From Candidatus Latescibacterota bacterium (GTDB lineage: Bacteria; Latescibacterota; UBA2968; UBA8231): a stretch of DNA of 64,000 nt. How positions within the stretch are numbered: the stretch's first letter is position 1; each line of letters opens with the position of its first letter. The notes below the pieces were generated by a model that saw only the letters and a list, made by a program, of their open reading frames with translations, made no database searches and was not told the DNA's origin. Below are positions 1-9,687 of the stretch, one piece after another. The stretch is taken from positions 3,488,001-3,552,000 of the forward strand of contig OZ253462.1 in assembly GCA_965261395.1 (NCBI GenBank), read 5' to 3'. The position numbers were made by a program, and so were the translations under genes.

Positions 1-892
1 TGCCGCCAGCTTGGGTTTTCGCTTGGGGCCGAGGATCAATGTCGCCGGCCGCCTAAAGTCGCCCGATATAGCGCTGCGGCTTTTGCGCTCCAAAAACGAG
101 GGGGAGGCCGCGCAGTTGGCTGACGAACTCAACAAGCTCAACTCCCAACGGCAGGTCTGGCAGCGCGAGGGCATACTGGAGGTCGAGGAACAGGTCGGCC
201 CGGAGGAGCACGTGGAGGATCACATCATCGTGGTGCTGGGGGAGTGGAATGTGGGGATCGTCGGCCTGTTGGCCAGCAAGTTGTGCGAAAAATACGCCCG
301 CCCCGCCGTCGTGTGTACCCAAGGTGGCGACCACGGCCTCTGCGTAGGTTCGGCCCGCAGCATTCCGTGCTACGACATCAGCGAGGGGATCCACGCCTGC
401 GAAGAGCACTTGCAGACGCATGGTGGCCATCCGGCGGCCGCGGGTTTTTCGCTCGCATCCGACGCCTTTGAGCGCTTTCGCCTCGCGCTGATCGGGCACG
501 CCAACGCCCACATTAGCGCCGAGGCACTGCAACCGGTCTTGGATATCGACCTGATGCTCAAGCCGGCCGATTTGACGCTGGACACGGTGGAGCAACTCGC
601 CGCGCTAGAGCCTTTTGGCAACGGACACCGGCGTCCGGTTTTTGTCCTAGAGGACTGTCGGGTCATTTGGTCGCGGCAGATCGGCAAAAACGGCCTCCAC
701 TTCAAGGCCGAATTGGAGGTAGAGGGCCGCCGCTGTACTGCGCTGTGGTGGAATCAAAAAGACCTCGCGGATCAGGTGCAGCCGGGCGACCGGCTGAGCG
801 CGGCCTTCGAGTTGGAGGCAGACACCTATACCGGCAATGGCGCCGTGCAGATGGTTATCAAGGACCTGTACTTGCAGGAGCCTGCGGCCTAG
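1..892 (+). CDS. recJ: Single-stranded-DNA exonuclease RecJ, C-terminal part (5' end outside window)
   Basis: GFRLGPRINVAGRL, GIVGLLASKL, GSARS, GGHPAAAGFS (DHHA1) and LEPFGNGH motifs, followed by an OB-fold-like tail. Confidence 0.95.
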   Translation, partial: AASLGFRLGPRINVAGRLKSPDIALRLLRSKNEGEAAQLADELNKLNSQRQVWQREGILEVEEQVGPEEHVEDHIIVVLGEWNVGIVGLLASKLCEKYARPAVVCTQGGDHGLCVGSARSIPCYDISEGIHACEEHLQTHGGHPAAAGFSLASDAFERFRLALIGHANAHISAEALQPVLDIDLMLKPADLTLDTVEQLAALEPFGNGHRRPVFVLEDCRVIWSRQIGKNGLHFKAELEVEGRRCTALWWNQKDLADQVQPGDRLSAAFELEADTYTGNGAVQMVIKDLYLQEPAA

Positions 893-937
893 GGCGGTTT
901 TCTCGGAATTGGACCTAGCGAGCTAGAGAATGCAAAC

Positions 938-2146
938 ATGATAAGTTCCCAATACACCAAGGAGTTGTGCATCCGGGACAGCGACGCCAAAATCGTCCTG
1001 TTGGTCGTCGATGGCTTGGGCGGGTTGCCCCATCCCGCCACCGGTAAGTCCGAGCTGGAGACGGCCCGCTTGCCCAACTTAGACGCGCTGGCCAAGGGGG
1101 GCACCTGCGGCCTGAGTTCGCCTTTAGGGGCTGGCTTTACTCCGGGCAGCGGCCCAGCCCACTTAGCTCTCTTTGGCTACGATCCTTGGCAGAGCCAAAT
1201 TGGTCGCGGTGCCCTTTCAGCCCTTGGTTTGGGGTTGGACTTTGCTCGTGGCGACGTGGCGGCGCGCCTCAATTTTTGCACGGTGGATACTGCGGGCCGG
1301 GTGTCCGACCGCCGCGCCGGCCGCATCCCCACGGAAAAAGGCCGCCAGCTTTGCGAAGTGTTACGAGCGATCACAATACCCGGAGTGGAGATACAGGTCG
1401 CCGCCGAGATGGAATACCGCGCCGGCGTGGTGCTTCGCGGTGCGGGCTTGGGCGACCAAGTCTCAGATTCAGACCCCCAAGTGACGGGGGTGCCGCCCAA
1501 GCCCCTGACGGCACTTGCGCCGGGTTCCGAGCGCACCGTCGAAGTGGCCAATGCCTTTTTAGAGCAAGCCGCTGCATTGCTCGCTGACGAGCACCCGGCC
1601 AACATGGTGCTGCTGCGCGGATTCGGTCGCTACCCAGCGCTAGTGTCGATGGACGAGGCGTACGGGCTGAAAGCACTGGGCATTGCTGGGTATCCCATGT
1701 ACCGCGGCGTGGCCGGGGCCGTGGGCATGGATGTCGAAGAGGTCGGCTGGGATCTCGCATCCGAGTTCGCCTTGCTCGAAAGCCGCTATGCGGACTACGA
1801 CTTTTTCTACGTCCACGCAAAGAAGACCGACAGCGCGGGCGAGGACGGCGATTTCGACTTGAAGGTGCGGCTGTTAGAGGAGCTAGATACCTACATTCCG
1901 CAGTTGCTCGCGCTGCAACCCGAGGTACTCATCGTCACCGGCGACCACTCGACCCCTTCGATTATGCGCAGCCACAGTTGGCATCCGGTGCCCACGGTCA
2001 TAGCCAGCCGGTGGGCATTGGCCGACGCGGCAGATGAATTTTCCGAGCGCGGTTGCAGTGCTGGCAGCCTCGGAATCGCGCCTACAACGAGCTTGATGGC
2101 CCAGGCATTGGCCCACGCGCGCCGGCTCGACAAATTCGGCGCTTGA
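938..2146 (+). CDS. apgM: 2,3-bisphosphoglycerate-independent phosphoglycerate mutase (ApgM type)
   Basis: LLVVDGLG, TPGSGPAHLALFGYDP, DRRAGRI, KKTDSAGEDG, VTGDHSTP, HSWHPVP motifs. Confidence 0.93.
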   Translation: MISSQYTKELCIRDSDAKIVLLVVDGLGGLPHPATGKSELETARLPNLDALAKGGTCGLSSPLGAGFTPGSGPAHLALFGYDPWQSQIGRGALSALGLGLDFARGDVAARLNFCTVDTAGRVSDRRAGRIPTEKGRQLCEVLRAITIPGVEIQVAAEMEYRAGVVLRGAGLGDQVSDSDPQVTGVPPKPLTALAPGSERTVEVANAFLEQAAALLADEHPANMVLLRGFGRYPALVSMDEAYGLKALGIAGYPMYRGVAGAVGMDVEEVGWDLASEFALLESRYADYDFFYVHAKKTDSAGEDGDFDLKVRLLEELDTYIPQLLALQPEVLIVTGDHSTPSIMRSHSWHPVPTVIASRWALADAADEFSERGCSAGSLGIAPTTSLMAQALAHARRLDKFGA

Positions 2147-2147
2147 G

Positions 2148-2996
2148 ATGATCACTCCCCTGCGCATTGCCCATCGTGGCGCATCCGGTCTGGGACTGGC
2201 GCCCGAGAATACGTTGGCCGCTTGCGAAAAGGCCCTCCAGATCGGCGTCGATATACTCGAAATCGACGTCCATGCCACCCGCGACGGCCAGATCGTGGTC
2301 TTGCACGACGCGGCGCTTGACCGGACGACCAATGGCACCGGGTTGGTCGCCGACCTCTTGGGCGAGGAAGTGCGCCAATTCGATGCTGGCCGCTGGTTTA
2401 GCGCTGATTTTGCCGGCGAGCGCGTGCCCCTGCTCGAAGACGTACTCGACTTAGCGCGCAACCAAGCCCTCGTGCTGATAGAGATCAAGGCCGATGGCAT
2501 TGCCGAGCGCGTCCTGCAGGTGATTGAGGCGGCGAATGCGGCTGGGCGCGTCGTGGTGCAAGCGTTCAATCCGCAAACCGTCCAGCGGCTCAATTTGCTC
2601 GCCCCTACCCTGCCCACCGCGCTGTTGGTCGGCCAGTTGCCGACCACGCCATCGCGGGTGCGCGCACGCCGCCTCGTGCGCCAAGTGCTGCAAGTGGGGG
2701 CCAACGCGCTGGCGATGTGGTACGCGGCCCTGACCCCACCCTTCCTCGAAGAGATGCGCCAGCGGGGCATTGCGGTCTGGGCTTGGACCGTTGACGAGGA
2801 CATTGCCATGCGCGACTTGGCGACGATGGGGGTCCAAGGGATCATCACCAATCGGCCAGACCTGCTCAATCAGGTGCTCGACGAACTGGTCGCCGAAGGG
2901 CAGGTCCGGCCGCCCTTGGGCCAGCGCGTCAAGCGCAGCCGCTGGGGTCGCCGCCGCCAATTGCGCAAGCTCAAGGCCGCCAAGAGGGGTCGCTAA
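2148..2996 (+). CDS. Glycerophosphodiester phosphodiesterase family protein
   Basis: IAHRGASG..PENT, EIDVHAT.DG..VVLHD..LDRTT, IEIK, WTVD, GIITNRP. Confidence 0.93.
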   Translation: MITPLRIAHRGASGLGLAPENTLAACEKALQIGVDILEIDVHATRDGQIVVLHDAALDRTTNGTGLVADLLGEEVRQFDAGRWFSADFAGERVPLLEDVLDLARNQALVLIEIKADGIAERVLQVIEAANAAGRVVVQAFNPQTVQRLNLLAPTLPTALLVGQLPTTPSRVRARRLVRQVLQVGANALAMWYAALTPPFLEEMRQRGIAVWAWTVDEDIAMRDLATMGVQGIITNRPDLLNQVLDELVAEGQVRPPLGQRVKRSRWGRRRQLRKLKAAKRGR

Positions 2997-3026
2997 AGAC
3001 TCGGCAGAGTGGGGAGGAGGTCACAG

Positions 3027-3233
3027 ATGTTCTACACCTTGTTAGCCGTATTGCTGCTGATTGTCGTGGTGCTGAAGTTCTGGTCGCCTTTTGGCCAGCG
3101 GTGTCCCCAGTGCCAAGCCCGCCGGGAAGATGCGGAATATCCCTTGTGTCCAAATTGCGGGTGGATATATGAAGTGCCCGGGGAAGAAGACGAGGATTTT
3201 GCGCCGGACGACGACGAAAATGCGAAATTCTGA
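3027..3233 (+). CDS. Small membrane-anchored zinc-ribbon protein
   Basis: GGAGGAGG RBS before ATG 3027; N-terminal TM helix, CPQC and CPNC pairs, acidic tail. Confidence 0.7.
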   Translation: MFYTLLAVLLLIVVVLKFWSPFGQRCPQCQARREDAEYPLCPNCGWIYEVPGEEDEDFAPDDDENAKF

Positions 3234-3265
3234 AGGGCGCGAAGCCGCGTTGCTGCGCCCTGTTT
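3234..3265 (+). terminator. Possible intrinsic terminator
   Basis: AGGGCGC...GCGCCCT stem followed by GTTT just after the stop codon. Confidence 0.35.
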
Positions 3266-3269
3266 GCGC

Positions 3270-3299
3270 TTGACAATTCCCTGTACTTCCCTTTAGATT
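3270..3299 (+). promoter_or_regulatory. Sigma70-type promoter of the lipoprotein gene
   Basis: TTGACA at 3270-3275, 18-nt spacer, TAGATT at 3294-3299. Confidence 0.55.
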
Positions 3300-3351
3300 G
3301 TCTCTGATTATATAGGGAAGCACAGAACGTTCAAACTCAGGAAGGTGGACC

Positions 3352-3975
3352 ATGAAAATGCGGGCAATATCGCTGTTTGTCGCCGTCGCGGTTTTGGCGG
3401 GCTGTGCCGACCCTCCCACAGTCGAGCTAGACGCGGCCAAGCAAGCCCTCGACTCGGCCCGGGATGTCGGTGCCGAGCAATTTGCCGCCAGCGAGTACTC
3501 GGCCGCTCAGCGCGCGTACAACGAAGCTGAAGCAACGACCAACACCGAAGCCGAGCGCTTTTTCCTTTTCAAGGACTTTGAGCAGGCGCGAGCGCAAATC
3601 GCCGATGCCAAGACCAAAGCCATGCGGGCAGAGTCGTCTGCGGAAGTCGAAAAGAAACGCCAGAAGGAGTCGGCCGAAGCAGCAATTGCCGCCGCCCGCG
3701 ACGCGGTCAGCGCCGCATATACCAGCTTAGAGGAAGCGCCGTCTGGCAAAGGCACGGAGGCCGATATTGAAGAGCTGAGCGCCGAGTTGAGCATGGCCGA
3801 AGCCGATATAGACGCGGCCGAAGCCGCGCTGAACAGCGAGAATTTCTCGGATGCCGAGTCCCTCGCCGAGAGCGCGGATCAGCAAGCCACCGAGATCGCC
3901 GACGGCGTGATGGTGGCCGTGGATAGATACCATGAGTTGGTCGAGAAGATGCGTCCTTGGTACGAGCGCATCTGA
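3352..3975 (+). CDS. Ala/Glu-rich helical lipoprotein (DUF4398-like)
   Basis: Lipobox VLAGC; PP..ELDAAKQAL..AR..GAEQFA..EY pattern; coiled-coil composition. Confidence 0.75.
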   Translation: MKMRAISLFVAVAVLAGCADPPTVELDAAKQALDSARDVGAEQFAASEYSAAQRAYNEAEATTNTEAERFFLFKDFEQARAQIADAKTKAMRAESSAEVEKKRQKESAEAAIAAARDAVSAAYTSLEEAPSGKGTEADIEELSAELSMAEADIDAAEAALNSENFSDAESLAESADQQATEIADGVMVAVDRYHELVEKMRPWYERI

Positions 3976-4579
3976 GCACGCGCCATTGCAAGCCTCAACT
4001 ACAGGCGGCCGGGAGTTATTCCCGGCCGCTTTGTTTTTTTGGGTATTGCTGTGGGGGCCGCCCGCCGCGTCTGCGTCCGCGCTGTCGTTAGAGCACCAGC
4101 AACTGGTGCAAGCCGTTGAGCGCCATGCCCTAGCTACTCCCTACATCGTCATCAACACCCAAGACAATCTAATCCTGCTCCGCGAGGGGGAGCAGGTGTT
4201 GCGCCAAGCCGCTTGTGCAACGGGCAGCGGCCGCAAACTCGAAGGCACCAAGCGGTGGCATCGCTGGACCTTCGACACCCCCAAGGGCCGCTTCGCCATC
4301 CGCCGCAAAGTCGCCGACCCCCTATGGACCCGGCCGACTTGGTTCTTCGTCGAAAACGACGAGGAGATCCCCATTTTCGCCGAAGATCCGAGGCGGTTCC
4401 AGCGCGGGGTCTTGGGCACGTACGCATTGTACTTCCTCAAGGATTTTATGATCCACGGCACGCTCTTTGAAATCAACTTGGGCAAGAGTATAACCCACGG
4501 CTGCGTACGGGTGGGCAACGAGGATCTGGAGTACCTCTACGAAGCCGTCGAGATCGGCTGGCCGGTCTTTATCTACTAG
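3932..4579 (+). CDS. L,D-transpeptidase (YkuD family); true start uncertain, possibly TTG 4031
   Basis: TP.GRFAI..K..DP.W and IHGT...LGKSITHGCVRV catalytic His/Cys motif. Confidence 0.9.
   Translation: MSWSRRCVLGTSASEHAPLQASTTGGRELFPAALFFWVLLWGPPAASASALSLEHQQLVQAVERHALATPYIVINTQDNLILLREGEQVLRQAACATGSGRKLEGTKRWHRWTFDTPKGRFAIRRKVADPLWTRPTWFFVENDEEIPIFAEDPRRFQRGVLGTYALYFLKDFMIHGTLFEINLGKSITHGCVRVGNEDLEYLYEAVEIGWPVFIY
4005..4040 (+). terminator. Rho-independent terminator
   Basis: 10-bp stem GCGGCCGGGA/TCCCGGCCGC followed by TTTGTTTTTTT. Confidence 0.8.
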
Positions 4580-4588
4580 CGATTAGCG

Positions 4589-5110
4589 ATGAAGCACCTA
4601 GCGTTGGTTTGGGCCTTTGCGTGCGGCACGAGCGCGGCGTCGGCTGAGGATTTGGCCTATGTCAACGCTGCGCTGCGAGCTTGGTTGCAGGCCATAGAAG
4701 CGGACGTGCCGTACTTGCTGGTGGACCGGGGTGCAGCTGAGCTACGGCTGATGCACGGGAAGGCGCTCTTGCGGCGCGTCCCCCTCGCGGCCGATTCCCT
4801 AGGAAAGCGACCGCCGGTGCAATCCTCGCTCCAGGCCCGGTTGCGGCGCTATCGACCCAGCAATCCTTGGCGCGGCTTGGTATCCAGCCCTTTCGATTGG
4901 GAACAGAATTTGGTTGCCGACGCCGCGGCCACCAGTGCCCTGTACTTTGCGAGCGGGCTGCTGATCTACGCCAACCCGGCGTGGCACCGCCCGAGCGCCA
5001 TGGATTTGCAAATCGAGGCCGCTGATTTGCGCGCTCTATACAATGCCTGCGGTCCGAGCACCCCGCTCGTCGTTCTCCCCGCTAACTGGAGAGAGGGGCC
5101 GGAGCAGTGA
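4589..5110 (+). CDS. Secreted L,D-transpeptidase-like protein lacking catalytic residues
   Basis: Aligns by eye with the upstream YkuD protein (ALYF..., DL..LY, P.vv at the end), but IHG becomes IYA and HGC becomes AMD; signal peptide present. Confidence 0.6.
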   Translation: MKHLALVWAFACGTSAASAEDLAYVNAALRAWLQAIEADVPYLLVDRGAAELRLMHGKALLRRVPLAADSLGKRPPVQSSLQARLRRYRPSNPWRGLVSSPFDWEQNLVADAAATSALYFASGLLIYANPAWHRPSAMDLQIEAADLRALYNACGPSTPLVVLPANWREGPEQ

Positions 5111-6366
5111 CCTTGCACTTTGGCGCGGCGGCCGCCGACATCACGCCGCCTGTTGGCATCGCAATGGGCGGGTATTGGGGGCGGCGGTCCGGGGCCACGC
5201 ATATCCGTGATCGCCTCATGGCCAAGGCCCTTGTCTGCGGCCTCGGGTCGGCGCGCGTCGCCTTAGTCGCCGTCGATTTGGTGGGGTTGGACGCCGCCGT
5301 TGTGCGGGCGATTCGGGAGCGGGTAGCGTGCTCCACCGGCATCGAAGTCATGGCTGTGATGATCTGTGCCTCCCACACTCACTCCGGCCCACTAACCTTT
5401 CCCTTCCGGGGCATGGGCCGCATCGACAGCCGCTACTTGGAGCAGGTCGTGGACGCCGTGGTCGAGGTGGTGATAGCTGCTGCCGCCGACAGCCGACCGG
5501 GTCGTTTGTACTATGCGCGCCCCCAGGTACAGATAGGCCGCAATCGCCGGCCGCAGAGCGTCAAAGGCGAGTTTGTGCCCTACGCGCACGTGTTGCGCTT
5601 TGTCGCTGAGTGTGGGGCGGAGGCCACGATTTTTAGCTACGCCTGTCATCCGGTGGTTTTGGGCCGCGACAATCACCAGATCAGCGCCGACTTCCCCGGG
5701 GTAGCGGCCCGCTGCATTGAGGCGGCGACCGGCGGGCGGGCTCTGTTTGTCAATGGGGCCTGCGGCGACGTCAACCCGCGGATCGCCAACGGCTCGTTTG
5801 CAGATGTGGATCGCTTGGGGGAGGAGTTGGGGAGGGCCGTGCTGGAGGGGCGGGCGGAGGCCACGCCCGTGGACGCCTCGGCGCTACGCTGGGCGCACGA
5901 GCGATTGGATTTGCCGCTGAGACCCTTACCACCGCGCTGGCGTGCCGAGGCTGAGAAACTCAAATGGCATCTGCGGGCGCGTTTGGCGCGGGGCGGCGAG
6001 GTGCCCACAGCGCAGCTCAAATGGGCTGTGGCCATGGAAAAATGGGTGAGGGCTGGCGCGGCGCGTGCGCGGGTGCAGCCCTTTGAGATACAGGCGTTGG
6101 CTCTCGGCGAGCTGGTGCTCTTGGGTATGGAAGGCGAGCTTTTTGCCCGCTATCAACTCGACTTGGAGGTCGCGCATGGGCCAGCCGTCTTGTGCGGCTT
6201 TGCCAATGGTTGCATTGGCTATGTGCCCACGGCCGACGAGTACGCGCGCGGCGGCTACGAGATTGACCTAGCCTATAAGGTCTATCCGAGCGTGCAGATG
6301 ATTGCGCCGGCGAGCGAGTCGCTGATACGGCAGCGGGCTGCGGCGTTGGTAGCAAAAGTGCGATAG
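5107..6366 (+). CDS. Neutral/alkaline ceramidase-like hydrolase
   Basis: DITPP.G..MGGY, ASHTHSGP, YACHP, ISADFPG, NGACGDVNP, GYVPT..Y..GGYE. Confidence 0.8.
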   Translation: MTLHFGAAAADITPPVGIAMGGYWGRRSGATHIRDRLMAKALVCGLGSARVALVAVDLVGLDAAVVRAIRERVACSTGIEVMAVMICASHTHSGPLTFPFRGMGRIDSRYLEQVVDAVVEVVIAAAADSRPGRLYYARPQVQIGRNRRPQSVKGEFVPYAHVLRFVAECGAEATIFSYACHPVVLGRDNHQISADFPGVAARCIEAATGGRALFVNGACGDVNPRIANGSFADVDRLGEELGRAVLEGRAEATPVDASALRWAHERLDLPLRPLPPRWRAEAEKLKWHLRARLARGGEVPTAQLKWAVAMEKWVRAGAARARVQPFEIQALALGELVLLGMEGELFARYQLDLEVAHGPAVLCGFANGCIGYVPTADEYARGGYEIDLAYKVYPSVQMIAPASESLIRQRAAALVAKVR

Positions 6367-6384
6367 ATTACAACAGGAGGATGT

Positions 6385-7059
6385 ATGCGCGATCTAGAGG
6401 TGCTCTACGATCAAGTTCCGGCGACCCGGTGTGCTGGGACGGGCGATTGCTGTGCGCTCACGGACGAGGAGTTCGACACCTACTACGCCACCATGTTTCC
6501 GCTCTACCGGGCCGAATACGTCCACATCGTCGCCTATGTGGAACGGCACTTTTCCCCTCAGCGTCGCCAGGAGTTGCTGAGCTTTACCGAGGAGCGGCCC
6601 CGTCGCTGCCCCTTTCTCGGCGCGGACCATAGCTGTACCATCTATCCGGTGCGCCCACTGATTTGCCGCACGTACGGAGCGATGAATCCGGTCTCGATTG
6701 CCCGCCAAGCCCTCGCGCATCAGGGCGCTTTGCCGTCGGCGCAAATCCGCTCCTTTGTTCGGCGCGAGGCCGGCATGGTGTGTCCGCGGGTGGCCGTGCT
6801 GGAGCCGGAAAAAGTCGCGCGGCACGCCCGCATGCTCATCGAAGGGACGTACGAGCGCGAATTGACGCGGCTCAGCGCCGAGGTGGAACTGACGGGCGGG
6901 ATACGCAAACGGCTCTTCCAACGGCTCACCGGCCGGAGAGAGTGGCCGCTGCGCTGGTCTTGGGGGGGCTTTAATGCGCTGCGCTTTGCGCCGCTGGCAT
7001 GGCTGCGCCAGCACTTTGCTGCGTATTGGAAAAAAGCCGAGTTAATCGATGGCAAGTAA
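6385..7059 (+). CDS. YkgJ family cysteine-cluster (putative Fe-S) protein
   Basis: C.G.G.CC and CPFL....C.IY..RP..CR.Y motifs; AGGAGG RBS. Confidence 0.8.
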   Translation: MRDLEVLYDQVPATRCAGTGDCCALTDEEFDTYYATMFPLYRAEYVHIVAYVERHFSPQRRQELLSFTEERPRRCPFLGADHSCTIYPVRPLICRTYGAMNPVSIARQALAHQGALPSAQIRSFVRREAGMVCPRVAVLEPEKVARHARMLIEGTYERELTRLSAEVELTGGIRKRLFQRLTGRREWPLRWSWGGFNALRFAPLAWLRQHFAAYWKKAELIDGK

Positions 7060-7078
7060 CGCGAAAGGAGATTGCACC

Positions 7079-8236
7079 ATGCAACAATACCGAGTCGCTA
7101 TTTTGGGCTGCCGCAGCCGGGGCACGGCCGCGGCCCGCGCGTATCATCAGCATCCCCGCACCGAGGTCGTAGCATTGTGCGACCTTGTGCCCGAGCGGCT
7201 GGCGGAACTCGGCGACGAGCTGGGGGTTGCAGCCCGCTACGACGACCTCGACCGGATGATTGAGGCCGAGGCCCCGGACATCGTCGCCATCCCCACGGGC
7301 ACTGAGTTCCACTATCCGCTCGCCATGCAAGTGCTGGAGCACAGAGTCCACATTGACATTGAAAAGCCGATCTGCACGACCTTGGCCGAGGCCGACGCGG
7401 TGTTGGCCAAAGCTGAGGAGCAAGGGGTGCAAGTGGCCGTGCATCACCAAGGGCGCAGCGGCGGTGCGCTGCAAGCGGTCAAGGCGGCGATTGCCGAGGG
7501 TCGGATCGGCGACTTGCGCTATGTGCAGGGCAGCGGCAAGGGCTACTACGGAGGCTACGGCCTGATGAATATCGCCACGCACTCGCTCAACGCCATGCTC
7601 GGAGTGGCCGGCCCGGTGCGGAGCGTCCAAGCCGTGGCCCTGACCGATGGCCGCCCGATTACTCCCGAGGATGTGGTGCCGTCGCCGAGTGGCATGGGCT
7701 ACATCGCCGGCGAGCACGTGACCGCGGCCCTCACCTTTGCGCGCGGGATTTCGGCCACCCTCTTGCAGCACCGCTTCCCCAAGATGGATTCAACGGCCTA
7801 TATGATCGAGATCTACGGCACCGAGGGCCGGCTCTACTGGAAGAGCGGTGCCCCGTGGTTTTTGTCCACACCGCACTTTGCTCCCGGCCACGCCGAGTGG
7901 CAGCCGCTCGCTCCCTTAGTGCCCGAGCACTACGACCCAGCGGGCTCAGCTTCGGTGGAGGACTACCAGTTCGCCGACGAGTACGTGCAGGCGCTCGACG
8001 AGGGCCGCGCGCACGAGTGCTCGGGCGAGGCGGGTCGCCACGTGCTGGAGATATTGATGGGGATTTTCGAGTCGGGGGCACGCGGTCGGCGCGTGGATTT
8101 GCCGCAAGTAGAACGCGACCACCCGCTCTTGCGTTGGCGCGAGGAACACGGCATGGGTCTGCCCAGTTCCATGCCACGCCCGTATGCGGAGTGGCTCGCC
8201 GCGGAAGATTGCCGCTTGGGCCGGAGCGCGCGTTAG
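7079..8236 (+). CDS. Gfo/Idh/MocA family oxidoreductase
   Basis: N-terminal Rossmann VAILGC, EKPI motif; AAGGAG RBS before ATG 7079. Confidence 0.88.
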   Translation: MQQYRVAILGCRSRGTAAARAYHQHPRTEVVALCDLVPERLAELGDELGVAARYDDLDRMIEAEAPDIVAIPTGTEFHYPLAMQVLEHRVHIDIEKPICTTLAEADAVLAKAEEQGVQVAVHHQGRSGGALQAVKAAIAEGRIGDLRYVQGSGKGYYGGYGLMNIATHSLNAMLGVAGPVRSVQAVALTDGRPITPEDVVPSPSGMGYIAGEHVTAALTFARGISATLLQHRFPKMDSTAYMIEIYGTEGRLYWKSGAPWFLSTPHFAPGHAEWQPLAPLVPEHYDPAGSASVEDYQFADEYVQALDEGRAHECSGEAGRHVLEILMGIFESGARGRRVDLPQVERDHPLLRWREEHGMGLPSSMPRPYAEWLAAEDCRLGRSAR

Positions 8237-9687
8237 CCGGCGAGTTTTCCCAATAGGCCCCAACCGCTGACGGCGGCCGAGACGATCAGTACCACGGTCG
8301 AGAGCACCGCGCCGATGAGGACCCATGCACGGGTGCGGTAGGAGGCGGGTAGCTTGAAGTTGAGATAGATGGCTGCCACCATCATCATAGCAATGGCCAG
8401 ATTGGCGATGAGGAAGCCGGCGATCTGGGTCAGGATGTCAAAGGGGATGTTGTTCCAGACGATGATCATGGTGGTGGCGAAGATGTAGAGGCAGATGACG
8501 CGCTTGATCGACTGATACTCCCAAGTGCGGTCGGGCCAGCGGGCGGCGAGAAACTCTTGCGCCACGCGGGCGTAGATTTCGGGCAGGGCTTGCAGGGTGC
8601 CCCACAGCGCGGCGAGGATACAGACGTAGTAAATCCACACCAAACTCGGATGAATCTGCCGCCAGACGTGGGCTTGGTGCGTCAGCAAGTTCCAGCCCTC
8701 AAAGCGGGTTTCGAGCGGGAAGAGCACGGCCGCCCCGGAAATCATAAAGGCCCCAGTGACGATGAAGAGGACCAGCGCTCCCAGCGCCACGTCCCAGCGC
8801 AGCGGCGCTACCCGTTGCCGCAGGTAGTGGATTTGCTGGGGATCGTCGGGTAGATAGTCGATGGTGTCGCTGCGGGCGGCGCGGGCGCGGATGGCTTCGA
8901 TGTCTTGGTGGCCAGTCAGGCCCCACTTGTGCAGGCCGATCCAGTTGGCGTAGGCGATGTAGCCAATCACCGAACCGCCGACGTAGCCAAAGGTGGTGCC
9001 CAACGTCAGCAGCGGATGCGCGACTGTGTCGGCGGGTGCCCACTCCGGGAAGGGAGGCAGGTCGCCAAAGCGGAAGGTCCCCACAAGCGCCGCGATCAGG
9101 TCTGGGCGCACGATGAGGGTCCCGGCAATGGTGCCCGTGACTAGGATCCCGCAGATGAGGAGCTGTTGCTTTTCAAGGCGTTCAAAGGACAGGCGGATAC
9201 CAAAAAGCAGCGCCAAGGCAATAAAGGCCGAGGTTATGGCGTTTTCCCAGAAGACTTCTTCCTCACCAGCGGGCAGCAGGTCGCGCAGCAAGAAGTGAAA
9301 AAGGTCGCCGCAGGGCTTGGAGACAGGCACCCAGGCTAGGGGTGCGCCGATCATTTCAAAGAGCAGAATGGTCAACAGCAGCCATCCGCGCGGCCCGGGC
9401 AGGCGCACGAGGCGGTGGCCGATCAGCTCGCCGCTGACGGCTGTATAGCGGCCGATCAGATAGGTGAAGAAGACGCCCTTGACCAAGCAACTGAGCAAGA
9501 CCATCCACAACAAACCATAGCCGGCCCAAGCCCCGGCCCGCACCACGACGATGGTCTCGCCGGCACCAATGGCGACCGAGGCGACGATGGCCGCCGGGCC
9601 GAAGACGGCGAGCATACCTAAGAGTTTCTGCAGTGACCAAGATTGGCCGAAGACGCCTTCGGGCGGCGGGATTTCTACTTTGTTCAT
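8233..9687 (-). CDS. Nramp-like (APC fold) membrane transporter
   Basis: GPAAIVASVAIGAGE, AGAWAGYGLLW, IGRYTAVSGE; many TM segments. Confidence 0.75.
   Translation of the reverse strand: MNKVEIPPPEGVFGQSWSLQKLLGMLAVFGPAAIVASVAIGAGETIVVVRAGAWAGYGLLWMVLLSCLVKGVFFTYLIGRYTAVSGELIGHRLVRLPGPRGWLLLTILLFEMIGAPLAWVPVSKPCGDLFHFLLRDLLPAGEEEVFWENAITSAFIALALLFGIRLSFERLEKQQLLICGILVTGTIAGTLIVRPDLIAALVGTFRFGDLPPFPEWAPADTVAHPLLTLGTTFGYVGGSVIGYIAYANWIGLHKWGLTGHQDIEAIRARAARSDTIDYLPDDPQQIHYLRQRVAPLRWDVALGALVLFIVTGAFMISGAAVLFPLETRFEGWNLLTHQAHVWRQIHPSLVWIYYVCILAALWGTLQALPEIYARVAQEFLAARWPDRTWEYQSIKRVICLYIFATTMIIVWNNIPFDILTQIAGFLIANLAIAMMMVAAIYLNFKLPASYRTRAWVLIGAVLSTVVLIVSAAVSGWGLLGKLAG

Noticed and set aside
1883-2869. 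328-aa minus-strand ORF and similar long antisense ORFs (20132-21058, 21287-22123, 32335-33147)
   Set aside because: They lie opposite well-supported genes in GC-rich DNA and carry no recognisable motifs
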